DNA of 64,000 nt from Squalus acanthias (taxonomy: Eukaryota), in NCBI GenBank assembly GCA_030390025.1, contig CM059432.1, forward strand, positions 53,694,001-53,758,000, given 5' to 3'. The translations under genes were made by a program, and so were the position numbers. Shown piece by piece: positions 12,546-24,363 of the stretch (position 1 is the first letter of the stretch; every line of letters starts with the position of its first letter). The notes under the pieces were generated by a model that did no database searches, had not been told where the DNA came from, and saw only the letters and a program-made list of their open reading frames with translations.

Positions 12546-14163
12546 AGGGATTGAAGGCCGATAAATCCCCAGGGCCTGATAATCTACATCCTAGGGTACT
12601 TAAGGAAGTGGCCCTAGAAATAGTAGATGCATTGCTGATCATCTTCCAACATTCGATGGAATCTGGAACAGTACCCATGGATTGGAGGGTAGCTAATGTT
12701 ACCTCACTATTCAAAAAGGGTGGTAGAGAGAAAGCGGGGAATTACAGACCGGTAAGCCTGACATCGGTAGTGGGGAAAATGCTAGAGTCCATTATAAAGG
12801 ATGTAATAGCTGAGCACTTGAAAAACAGTGACAGGATCAGACAAAGTCAACATGGATTTACAAAAGGTAAATCGTGCTTGACTAATCTACTGCAATTTTT
12901 TGAGGATGTAACTGGGAAAATAGATAAGGGAGAACCAGTAGATGTGGTGTATTTGGACTTTCAAAAGGCTTTCGATAAGGTCCCGCATAAGAGATTAGCG
13001 TGTAAAGTTAAGGCACATGGGATTGGGGGCAAGGTATTGACTTGGATAGAGAACTGGTTGGCGGACAGAAAGGAGAGAGTAGGAATTAATTGGTCTTTTT
13101 CCGAGTGGCAGGCAGTGACTAGTGGGGTACCGCAGGGATCGGTCCTTGGACCCCAGCTATTCACAATATACATTAATGATCTAGATAAGGAAACTAAATG
13201 TAATATCTCCAAGTTTGCAGTTGACACAAAGCTGGGTGGGCGTGTGTGCTGCGAGGAGGATACTGAGAAACTCCAGGATGATTTGGACAGGTTGGGTGAG
13301 TGGGCAGAAGCGTGGCAGATGCAATATAACGTGGATAAATGCAAGGTTATCCACTTTGGTGTCAAAAACAGAAAGGCAGACTATTATCTGAATGGCAATA
13401 GATTGGGAGAAGGGGAAGTGCAACGAGACCTGGGTGTCCTTGTGCACCAGTCGCTGAAGGTAAGCATGCAGGTGCAGCAGGCGGTGAAGAAGGCAAATGG
13501 TATGTTGGCCTTCATAGCGAAAGGGTTTGAGTATAGAAACAGGGATGTCCTGCTGCAGTTGTACAGGGCCTTGGTGAGACCACACCTTGAGTACTGTGTG
13601 CAGTTTTGGTCGCCTTATCTGAGGAAGGATGTTCTTGCCATGGAAGGAGTGCAGCGAAGATTCACAAGGCTAATACCTGGGATGGCAGGAATGACATATG
13701 AGGAGAGATTGGGTCGATTAGGCTTATACTCGCTGGAGTATAGAAGAATGAGAGGGGATCTCATCGAAACATATAAAATTCTGACAGGTCTGCACAAACT
13801 AGATGCAGGAAGAATGTTCCCGATGGTCGGAGAGTCCAGAACCAGGGGTCATAATCTAAGGATAAGGGGTAAGCCATTTAGGACAGAAATGAGGAAGAAT
13901 TTCTTCACCCAGAGAGTGGTGAACCTGTGGAATTCTCTACCACAGAAGGTAGTTGAGGCCAAGTCATTAAATATATTCAAGAATGAGTAAGATATATTTC
14001 TTAAAGCTAAAGGTATCATGGGATATGGGGAGAAGGCAGGTACAGGGTACTGACTTTGGATGATCAGCCATGATCTCATCGAATGGCGGAGCAGGCTCGA
14101 GGGGCCGAATGGCCTACTCCTGCTCCTATCTTCTATGTTTCTATGTTTTTCTATGTTTCTATG
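12546..14163 (+). mobile_element. 5'-truncated CR1 (RT only)
   Basis: ORF 12530-13990; FADD changed to FAVD; (CTATGTTT)n tail. Confidence 0.95.
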
Positions 14164-14164
14164 T

Positions 14165-14850
14165 AGGTGGAACAGAGGACTGCCGCACAATGGAAGAATC
14201 GCGACTGCTGCCACGATAACGGACATTCACCTGCATGATATGCTGCCTGTGGTCGCACACCAGCTGCACAACGAGGGAATGGAATCCCTTTCAGTTCGTG
14301 AAAATCGCCGAGTTCAGATGAGGCACACGAAGGGCAATATGCGTGCAGTCAATGGTACCCTGAACCAAGAGGAAGCCTGCAATCCATGCAAAACCTCATG
14401 CTCGCTCCTCCTGCTTGTGCAATGAGATGAATGTGTTTCTCTTTGTATAAAGAACCCCTTATATAGCAGTGCACTGCAAACTGCGAGATTTTGCTTATAT
14501 CTCCAGCAGCACCCTCGAAGGAGCAAGATGCATAAATGTTAAGAGCCACGATCACCTTGACAGCCACAGGCAATGCTGTCCTTGACCTGCTTTGAGGTTG
14601 CAGTTGTGGCCGCAGCAGTTGGCAGATTTCACACATGACCTCTTTAGTGAAGCGAAGACGTCTCACGCATTGGTCCTCGGTGAAGTTGAGGCAAGAGAAT
14701 TGCTCTCTGAAGCCCCTGGGTGGATATGTCCTCCTGCTGAGTGCCCTTCTCCCCCTCCTCCTCCTCCTCTTTAGCAGCTTGTCCTGCTCTGCGTGGCCTC
14801 TCTTCATTCTCCCAGTCATGTTCAATTCCCAAAGGAAGCCCTACCAGGCC
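14165..14850 (-). pseudogene. Harbinger (HARBI1-like) transposase remnant
   Basis: CVRRLRFTKE...ALPVAVKVIVALNIYAS; downstream frame VQLVCDHRQHIMQVNVRYRGSS; frameshifted. Confidence 0.8.
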
Positions 14851-14854
14851 ACTT

Positions 14855-15563
14855 ATGTCTGGAAGCACTCAACCGTGTCCGTTCCATTTCCCGCACTTCT
14901 GCCCTCACCCCTGCCCCTCCCTCCCTGAACCACGATAGAGTTCCCCTTGCCCTCACCTTTCACCCCACCAGCCTCCACATTCAACGGATCATCCTCCCCC
15001 ATTTCCCCCACCTCCAGCGTGATCCCACCACCAAACGCATCTTCCTCTCACCTCCCCTTTCAGCATTCCGCAGGGACCGCTCCCTCCGCGACACCCTAGT
15101 CCACTCCTCTACCACCCCCAGCACCCCTTCCCCTTCGCCCGGCACCTTCCCGTGCAAGCGCAGGAGATGCAACACATGCCCTTATACCTCCCCCCTTCCT
15201 ACTCTCCAGGGCCCCAAACACCCCTTCCAGGTGAAACAGCGATTTACTTGTACTTCCTGCAATTTAGTATACTGTATTCACTGCTCACGATGTGGTCTCC
15301 TCTACATTGGGGAGACCAAACGCAGATTGGGTGACCGCTTTGCAGAACACCTCCGTTCAGTCCGTAAGGGGGACCCTGAGCTCCCGGTCGCCTGTCACTT
15401 TAATTCACCGCTTCACTCCCACTCTGACCTCACCGTCCTCGGCCTATTACACTGTTCCACGGAAGCGCAGCGTAAGCTCGAGGAACAGCACCTCATCTTT
15501 CGTTTAGGCACTCTACAGCCCTCTGGACTCAATATCGAGATCAACAATTTTAGATCATAACCT
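14855..15563 (+). mobile_element. Penelope-like element 3' part (GIY-YIG endonuclease); resumes at 18461 after the CR1 insertion
   Basis: NLVYCIHCSRCGLLYIGETKRRLGDRFAEH...GLN. Confidence 0.9.
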
Positions 15564-15582
15564 TTATCTTTATCATGATCTT

Positions 15583-18460
15583 TAGAAGATGGCTTGAAGT
15601 GTGTCTAATTCAATGCAAGGAGCATCCGGAATAAGGTAGGAGAACTTGGAGCGTGGATTGGTACTTGGGACTACGATGTGGTGGCCATTACGGAGACATG
15701 GTTAGAACAGGGACAGGAATGGTTGTTGGAAGTTCCGGGGTATAGATGTTTCAGTAAGAGTAGGGAAGTTGGTAAGAAAGGTGGAGGAGTAGCATTGTTA
15801 ATCAAGGATAGTTTAACAGCGGCAGAAAGGCAGTTCGAGGGGGATCTGCCGTCTGAGGTAATATGGGCTGAAGTTAGAAATAGGAAAGGAGCGGTCACGT
15901 TGTTAGGAGTTTTCTACAGGCCCCCAAATAGTAATAAAGATGTGGAGGAAGAAATTGCAAAGCAGATTATGAATAGGTGTGGAGGTCACAGAGTAGTTGT
16001 CATGGGTGACTTCAACTTTCCAAATATTGATTGGAACCTTTATAGGTCAAACAGTTCGGATGGGATAGTTTTTGCACAGTGTGTGCAGGAGGGTTTCCTG
16101 ACACAATATGTGGATAGGCCGACAAGAGGTGGGGCCACGTTGGATTTGGTACTGGGTAATGAACAGGGCCAAGTGTTTGATTTGTATGTGGGAGAGCACT
16201 TTGGAGATAGTGACCACAATTCGGTAACTTTCACTATTGCAATGGAGAGGGATAGGGCCATACGGCAGGGCAGGGTTTATAATTGGGGGAGGGGTAATTA
16301 TGATGCGATTAGGCAAGAATTAGGGAGTATAAGATGGGAACAGAAACTATCAGGGTAAGGCACAAATGAAAAGTGGAGCTTTTTCATGGAGCAATTACTG
16401 CGTGTCCTTGATAGGTATGTCCCTGTCAGGCAGGGAGGAAATGGCCGAGTGAGAGAACCATGGTTCACAAAAGAGGTTGAATGTCTAGTCAAGAGGAAAA
16501 AGGAAGCGTATGTAAGGATGAGAAAACAAGGTTCAGTTGGGTCGATTGAGGGGTACAAGGTAGCAAGGAATGAGCTAAAAAAAGAGCTTAGGAGAGCTAG
16601 GAGGGGGCATGAGAAGTCCTTGGCGGGTCGAATCAAGAAAAACCCCAAGGCTTTTTACTCTTATGTGAGAAATAAAAGAATGACAAGGGTGAGGGTAGGG
16701 CCGGTCAAGGACAGTAGTGGGAACTTGTGCATGGAGTCAGAAGAGATAGGAGAGGTGATGAATGAATACTTTTCGTCAGTGTTCACCGAGGAGAGGGGCC
16801 ATGTTCTTGAGGATGAGAGTGTGATAAAGGTGGATAGGCTGGAGGTGGTAGATGTTCTGAGGGAAGATGTTTTAGCAATTTTGAAGAACCTAAGGGTCGA
16901 TAAGTCCCCTGGGCCAGATGGGATATATCCTAGGATTCTTTGGGAGGCAAGGGAGGAGATTGCAGAGCCTCTGGCTTTGATCTTTGGGTCCTCACTGTCC
17001 ACGGGGATGGTGCCAGAGGACTGGAGAGTGGCGAATGTTGTTCCTCTCTTCAAGAAAGGAAATAGGAATGACCCTGGTAATTATAGGCCGGTTAGTCTTA
17101 CTTCGGTGGTTGGTAAGATAATGGAAAAGGTCCTGAGGGATAGGATTTATGACCATTTGGAAAGGGGCAACTTAATCAGGGATAGTCAACACGGATTCGT
17201 GAAGGGTAAGTCTTGCCTAACAAATTTGATTGAATTCTTTGAGGAGGTAACTAAGTGTGTAGATGAAGGTAGAGCAGTTGATGTCGTATACATGGATTTT
17301 AGTAAGGCGTTTGATAAGGTTCCCCATGGTCGTCTCATGAAGAAAGTAAGGAGTTGTGGGATAGAGGGAAATTTGGCCGATTGGATAAGTAACTGGCTAT
17401 CTCATAGAAGGCAGAGGGTGGTGGTGGATGTAACATTTTCGGACTGGAGACCAGTTACCAGCGGTGTGCCACAGGGGTCGGTGCTGGGTCCTCTGCTGTT
17501 TGTGATTTTTATCAATGACTTGGAGGAGGGTACTGAAGGGTGGATCAGTAAATTTGCTGATGACACCAAGATTGGTGGAGTAGTGGATGAGGTGGAGGGC
17601 AGTTGTAGGCTGCAAAGAGACATTGATAGGATGCAGAGCTGGGCCGAAAAATGGCAGATGGAATTTAACCCTGATAAGTGCGAGGTGATTCATTTTGGTA
17701 GGGCAAATGTGAATAAGGATTACAGGGTCAACGGCAGGGTTCTGAGGAACGTGGAGGAGCAGAGGGATCTGGGGGTTCATATCCACAGATCTCTGAAGGT
17801 TGCCACTCAAGTGGATAGAGCAGTAAAGAAGGCCTATGGTGTGTTGGCGTTTATTAACAGAGGGTTTGAGTTTAAGAACCGTGAGGTTATGCTGCAACTG
17901 TACAGGACCTTGGTGAGACCACATTTGGAATATTGTGTGCAGTTCTGGTCACCTCACTATAGGAAGGACGTGGAAGCATTGGAAAGAGTGCAAAGGAGAT
18001 TTACCAGGATGCTGCCTGGTTTGGGGGGGAGGTCTTATGAGGAAAGTTTGAGGGAGTTGGGGCTTTTCTCTTTAGAGCGGAGGAGGATGAGAGGCGACTT
18101 AATAGAGGTTTATAAGATGATGAGGGGGATAGATAGAGTGGATGTTCAGAGACTATTTCCTCGGGTAGAGGCAGCTGTTACAAGGGGGCATAACTATAAG
18201 GTGCATGGGGGGAGATATAGAAGGGATGTCCGAGGTAGATTCTTTACTCAGAGAGTGGTTGGGGTGTGGAATGGACTGCCTGCTGTGATAGTGGAGTCGG
18301 ACACTTTAGGAACTTTCAAGCGGTTATTGGATAAGCACATGGAGCACACCAGAGTGATAGGGAGTGTGATAGCTTGATCTTGGTTTCGGACAATGCTCGG
18401 CACAACATCGAGGGCCGAAGGGCCTGTACTGTGCTGTACTGTTCTATGTTCTATGTTCTA
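15583..18460 (+). mobile_element. CR1 LINE (divergent subfamily), EN+RT with one premature stop
   Basis: ORFs 15678-16358 and 16386-18377 are in the same frame; (TTCTATG)n tail. Confidence 0.95.
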
Positions 18461-18878
18461 ACCTCAGCCCCAATCACATTTATATTTTATTTTTTCATCC
18501 ACCCTTTTGTTGGCCACCCCACCCCCCCTTTTTTTACCCTCCCAGAAGCTGGCAGCTGTCCTTCATTCTGCCAGTGCATTTCACACTTCTTTTAGCCTCA
18601 ACCTATCACATTAACACCACCTCTTGCCTTCATCATCTCTTAATGTCTCTTAATGTCTCTTAATCTCTCCTTTTGTTCTTTCATCCCCTCCCCCTTTTCC
18701 CAGCTTTATCCTTGCCTTAAATCTATTTCATTTCCTGCTATTTCCAGTTCTGACGAAAGGTCTTCGACCTGAAACGTTAACTCTGTTTCTCTCTCCACGG
18801 ATGCAGCCTCGCCTGCTGAGTTTTTCCAGCGTTTTCTGTTGTTATTTCGGATTTCCAGCATCTGCAGTATTTTGCTAT
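18461..18878 (+). mobile_element. Penelope 3' UTR / pseudo-LTR
   Basis: Homologous to 27170-27502 and, inverted, to 24364-24587. Confidence 0.75.
18746..18782 (+). ncRNA. Minimal type I hammerhead ribozyme
   Basis: AGTT-CTGACGA-A-AGGTC-TTC-GACCT-GAAA-CGTT-AACT. Confidence 0.75.
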
Positions 18879-19962
18879 CGTATGTCTGGAAGCAACTTGT
18901 TTCAGCATAAGATTTAAATGACAAAAAAAGTACTGCAAGACCAGCCAGACCACTCCCTGTAGAGTATTCAAACTTTAGGCAAGCATTGGAAGCCTCCAAA
19001 AACATGTATAATTGCACCAGCAGCCAGAAGAAATAATCCAGCATCTAACCTGTAAGTAGTTCATGATCCCTTTAAGTAGCGCTGGTGGGGAGTCCTTCAT
19101 TCCGTTTCCCATCGTGCTCAGCTGTGCGAGGTTAAAACAGGGCTGGAATGTGGCTGGAATGGCTGGAATGTGGAGTTCGAACATGGCAGCGGAGGCTTCA
19201 AATCAGCATTGCACACTGATTCGCGTCATCATCTCGTTGCTCTGCATGTTGCTGGTGGATGGTAGACAAAATCAGGCCTTTTGTTCGCGCTGCACTTGGG
19301 CTCCATGCCATTTTTGCTGGCGCATTTTGGGCTGAGTCACAGGCCTTTAACCCAGGCAGGCAAGAGCCAGATTAAAATGCAAAAGTCAGGGTCCTATGAT
19401 GCAATTAGGACCCTAACACCATTTTAACTCTGTGTCACGTGTTTTGCGCTGTGTACCAAATCTGCCAGCAAAACCTAGTGCACAAGAAGGCTGGAAAAGT
19501 TCTCTAATTCATCATTGCCTTTGAATGCAATAAACTTCAAAACATCTTGTTCTGTGTGTATAGAAACAGCAATGGTACCTGTTTTGCAAATCAGAAGGTT
19601 GCATGAAATTTGGACATGTGTGCGCCTCTCTTGCACCTCCAAAAGAAAAGTGATTTTGACTGTGTCCATGTTGATTACGACCAGCATCCTTGGTTTAAAT
19701 GCTGTCAGGATCGTTAGTGTATTCGGGACCTCTCCAGACCCTCATATTAACAGCCATCTTTTTCTGTCAAAATTATCTCAGCAACATCACCACGGAGTCA
19801 GTTTCACAAGATTCCTGATCCTACGTTAGATCTCCTATACTGTCACTGCATGCAGAATACAAATGTGATTGATTTATTTACCATATGCAGTTACAAATGT
19901 GAGTAGATATCTTTTTTGGAAAATAAACACTGAGTATGCTGGACATACTCAGCAGGTCAGGC

Positions 19963-20325
19963 ATGGTAGCCTAGTGGTTATGTTACTGGACTAGAAATCC
20001 AGAGGCCTGGACTAATTAATCCAGACATATGAGTTCAAATCTTACCATAGCAGCTTGGGAATCTAAATTCAGTTAATTAAATCTGGAATTAAAAAGCTAC
20101 TATTAGTAATGATGAACATGTATTGTTGTAAAAACCCCTCTGCTTCATTAATGTCCTTTAAGGAAGGAAATCTGCTAGTCTGGCCTGTATGTGATTCTAG
20201 ACCCACTCATTTTTTACTGCCCTCTGAAATGGCCCAGTCAAAGCCACTCAGAGTTGTATCAAATTGCGATGGTTCAAGAAGGTGGATCACCACTGCCTTC
20301 TCAGGGGCAATGTATGAATAAAAAA
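19963..20325 (+). mobile_element. tRNA-derived SINE with the tail of the second LINE family, inserted in a Penelope pseudo-LTR remnant
   Basis: A/B boxes (GGTAGCCTAGTGG, GAGTTCAAATC); 3' GGTTCAAGAAGG...CTTCTCAGGGGCAAT resembles 33200-33245; GTCAGGCA flanks both sides. Confidence 0.65.
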
Positions 20326-21224
20326 AGTCAGGCAGCATCTGTGGAGAGAGAGAAACAATTATCAGGCCGATGACCTTTTGTCAGAACCTTCATTAGGGCA
20401 TTTTTACTCAATTACGTTTGTGTCAGTAGATGACTATGGCTTTTGATATCTCAGTTTGAAATGCCTTAAGCTGCCACATTAAAAAATATCTGTTTACAGT
20501 CCATATTAAAACCTGCAACATTTGCACTTCCATTTTCACTTTACTTCGGTGACTATCCTCAAGTTGTGATATTTCTTCCTGATCTCTTTCCAGGACCTTT
20601 GGATTTCTGAGCCATGGGCTGAGCGATCCATGTTATCTAGATCTGAAAAGGTCATCCTGCTTTTCATTCAGTCTATCACGAAGCCCAATCACATCAAGGT
20701 CACAAAACCAGGGTTTGTAAACGTTACAAGCAGCCATTTCCTGAGCATTCTGGATTCCTCACTGCATCGCTGGATTTGCAGCCCAATGAATCAGCTTGTT
20801 AACTGCTTGAGAATGTGAAAATGCCAATGTGCAGGTGGCTGCTAATTGGCTGCTTTCTGTCTTGCACGATTAGCAAATTCTTGAAGCATGAATCTAACTG
20901 GAGGAAGCCTAGATATACCCGTCAGTTTAATGGACCTGTGTGACTCACGGACAGAAATAGGTGAACTTTAACACTCCATTTTTAAATGAGGTAAATATAC
21001 TCAGTATTGTCTTTGCTACCGCACAGGGTCCATATTTATCCATGGAGACAAACAGGTTGATTTTCAATTGCCAAAACTGATGTTAACGGGGCTATAATGG
21101 CCTCAAAGTGGGGTCGGTTGACTTACCGCTACCTCAACGTCGCCGATTGGCTCACTGGCACTTTAACAGGGGCTGGGCAGCCAGAGCGCCTGTCTGTTTC
21201 AGCGATAGGATGCTATTAATGTTT

Positions 21225-21562
21225 TTTAAATTTTTTACAATTCATTTATGGGATGTGGGCATCGCTGGCAAGGTCAGCATTTATTGCCCATCCCTAATTG
21301 CCCTTGAAAAGGTGGTGGTGAGCCGCCTTCTTGAACTGCTGCAGTCCGTGTGGTGAAGGTACTCCCACAGTGCTGTTAGGTAGGGAGTTCCAGGATTTTG
21401 ACCCAGCGACGATGAAGGATCAGCGATTTACTTCTAAGTCAGGATGGTGTGTGACTTGGAGGGGAACTTGGAGGTGGTGGTGTGCCCATGCACCTGCTGC
21501 CCTTGTCCTTCTAGGTGGAAGAGGTTGCGGGTTTGGGAGGTGCTGCCGAAGAAGCCTTGGCA
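21225..21562 (-). mobile_element. 3' fragment of the second LINE family
   Basis: Reverse complement of about 32980-33300. Confidence 0.8.
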
Positions 21563-23159
21563 AATCGGGATCCTATGACTTAAAGCAGGACCCTGATTGC
21601 CATTTTAGGACACAACTGATTGGAGCAATGGAGCCGAAGAGACCCAGCAAAGGCAAGGTTTGAATTATTTTTGTGGGGCCACGAGGAGCCAGAGTGCTCC
21701 TACCAGTCCTGGATCCTCCTCTCCACAATTGTGACAGTCCCCCACACTTACCTTGCTGCTGGTGCCCCGGCCCAATATTAGCCAGCCTGCATCTGGTGAG
21801 CTGCATCAGGACGCCAATTTGGCGCCCTGCAGCTTGCCAGTTCGATGTAAATGAAGCCTGGGGCCTCAAAATCACGGCCACCTCCTCACAGTAGGAATGG
21901 GTAACCGGATGGTGCGCTCTGCCAATGGACCGCCCAAAAGTCAAAATCAATTTTTACCGACTGTGTTCTCGGTGGGAAGCCTCATCCACCAAGAATGCAT
22001 ATTGGAAATTTGGGTGCGCACTACATGTGACTTGGCAGTTATTTAAATTAGTTTTGGAAATTTCCCTAATTTGTCACATGTTGGGTGAATCACTGCATGA
22101 AGTTGGAGGTTATCCCCGTGGAGGATATGACAAAACCTTTTTAATCGCATCTGAGAAATCAAGTTTCAATGAGAGTAGATTTTGTATCACAAGATACCTG
22201 ATGGAAGCATTTGTATGATTGATATGATTTATTTTCTATTAATATTGATGAACATTTCCCATTACATATATATTGTATGTGGGGATGGCATTTTTTGTGT
22301 GAAAACTTAGCAAGTGCAGTAGTTTCTGTAATATCCAAGGGTTTCTCTACTGAAAAGTCTGAAAATCTCAGCTCTGTCGTTACCAATTCTGCTTTCTGAT
22401 GTTAGCTTTTTTAATTCAAGATTTTAGCTCTTTTTATTTCAACACAAACATTCCCTACATGTTCTGAAAAAAAAAGCTTAAAAAAAATTATAAACACAGA
22501 GAATAAAAAATCATAGGCTAAAAAGGTGCAGGAAAAATTAAAACTAAAATCCTTACACAGGAAGCAGCTGTCCCTTTAAGAGCTCCTTCGCCCGTGGAGT
22601 TTCTCTTTTCGTCCGCTCCAGATGGGCCAGCAGAGTGCCCAGCATGATCCCATCCTACGTAGGCAGAAAATTGTGCTGTATCTTATTTAAGTCCTTTAAA
22701 ATAGATTTAAATATTTAAAAGAGCACTTTAGGCTGGCCTAAGAGGTGATCTGGGTCTCCACCTAATTTCCTGGCTCCCTTTCTTTACTATCTCTAGCCTT
22801 GTGGCATGGAAAATACACCCACAACCAATTTGCATTTATATAGTGCTGTAAACATAACAAAATGCCCCCAGCTCTTTCACAAAGCAGAGGATGGACTCTG
22901 CGCTGTAGTAGAAGAATTCGGAGAAATGACCGAAAACATATTTAAAAAGATAGGTTTTGAGGGAGAGTTTAAAGGCAGGGAGAGAAGTAGCAAAGTGAAA
23001 GAGTTTCCTAAAGAGTAGGGCCAACTGTTAAAATTCTCTTTAACATCCACCTCTTTGATCAAGCTTTTGGACACCTTGTCCTTTCTTTGTCTCAGTGCCC
23101 ATTGTTTCTGTACACCTCTGTGAAGCCTCTTGGGAGTTTTTCTACATTAAAAGCACATA

Positions 23160-23532
23160 AATCTAGGCTGACACTCCAGTGCAGTACTGAGGGAGTGCTG
23201 CACTGTTGGAGGTGCCGTCTTTCGGGTGAGATGTTAAACCAAATCTGCTCTCTCGGGTGGACGTAAAAGATCCCATGGTACTATTTCGAAGATGAGCAGG
23301 GGCGTTAACCCCGGTGTCCTGGCCAATATTTATCCCTCAATCAACATCTCAAAAACAGATTATCTGGTCATTATCACATTGTTGTTTGTGGGTGCTTGCT
23401 GTGCGCAAATTGGCTGCTGCGTTTCCTATATTACAACAGTGACTACTCTTCAAAAAGTACTTCATTGGCTGTAAGGCCTTTTGGGACGTCCTGAGGTCAT
23501 GAAAGGCGCTATATAAATGCAAGTCTTTCTTT
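23160..23532 (+). mobile_element. Deu-domain SINE (SacSINE/AmnSINE-like), 5'-truncated
   Basis: AAAGATCCCATGG...GGGGCGTTAACCCCGGTGTCCTGGCCAA; L2-like tail GCGCTATATAAATGCAAG(TCTT)n. Confidence 0.75.
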
Positions 23533-24363
23533 CTATATAATTGCAATTGTTGTTGTATCAAAGCCTCATTGGCCACACCCGCAAGATACAACCAACTGGA
23601 TTTACAGGTGTTGCCATATTGACGTGGCTCAGGAAAGTGTCTTCACAGGCTCTGGGTCAGCAGATAATCAGATACAGAGCTATGCCATCTATTGCAGGAA
23701 CGCCACCTGCTAACATCCACCATAATGCTGGCACACAGTGACAGAAATAGTCAGCCTTAAGTCTGCACATGGTGCTTCCTTCTCTTCATTTTGGCTGTTA
23801 CTTCTTAATCACCTGTCCCTTCAGCCTAGACAAAGGCAGCTAATGGTTTGAGATGCTTTTCTGAAGGCTTTCAGAATTTGTCTCCTTTGTGACGCTTGTC
23901 TTTAATTGTCCCAATCCCTTTAAATGTAACTTAGTGACAATTTTACACTTCCACCACTAATGTTCTCCTTACACTTGCTTAAGTCTGCACCTGGATCTGT
24001 GAATAATCATTCAATTGAGCTGACCAAGGAAATTTGAGCACTTTTAGAACATTACCATTCTGATGGAATTAGCGCCACTTCTTAAACATTTAGACATGAC
24101 TTGCATCAGATGAGGAAATTCATACTTACCATCCTGGTACTTGCCCCATTTGCCTGATAGAATCTCTGTTTAGTAGCTGATTATCCTTCTGAGCTTTACA
24201 ATGACCATAATGATCTGCAGGGCCTTATTTGCAAAATAGACTTTTCAAGGTCTCCTTATTCCCCAGAGTTGTTACCAGGTGATTCAACAGCATTATGGAA
24301 GGCTACTCTGATTGGCTACTCAGGTGGGTGTTAGTTGCTGCACACCCAACCTCCAAGAAAGTA

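Noticed and set aside
14349..14825. Host HARBI1 gene
   Set aside because: Frameshifted, truncated by flanking retroelements, and similar relics occur elsewhere in the window.
19475..19830. Possible coding exon
   Set aside because: Stops in all minus-strand frames between plausible splice sites; no recognisable motif.
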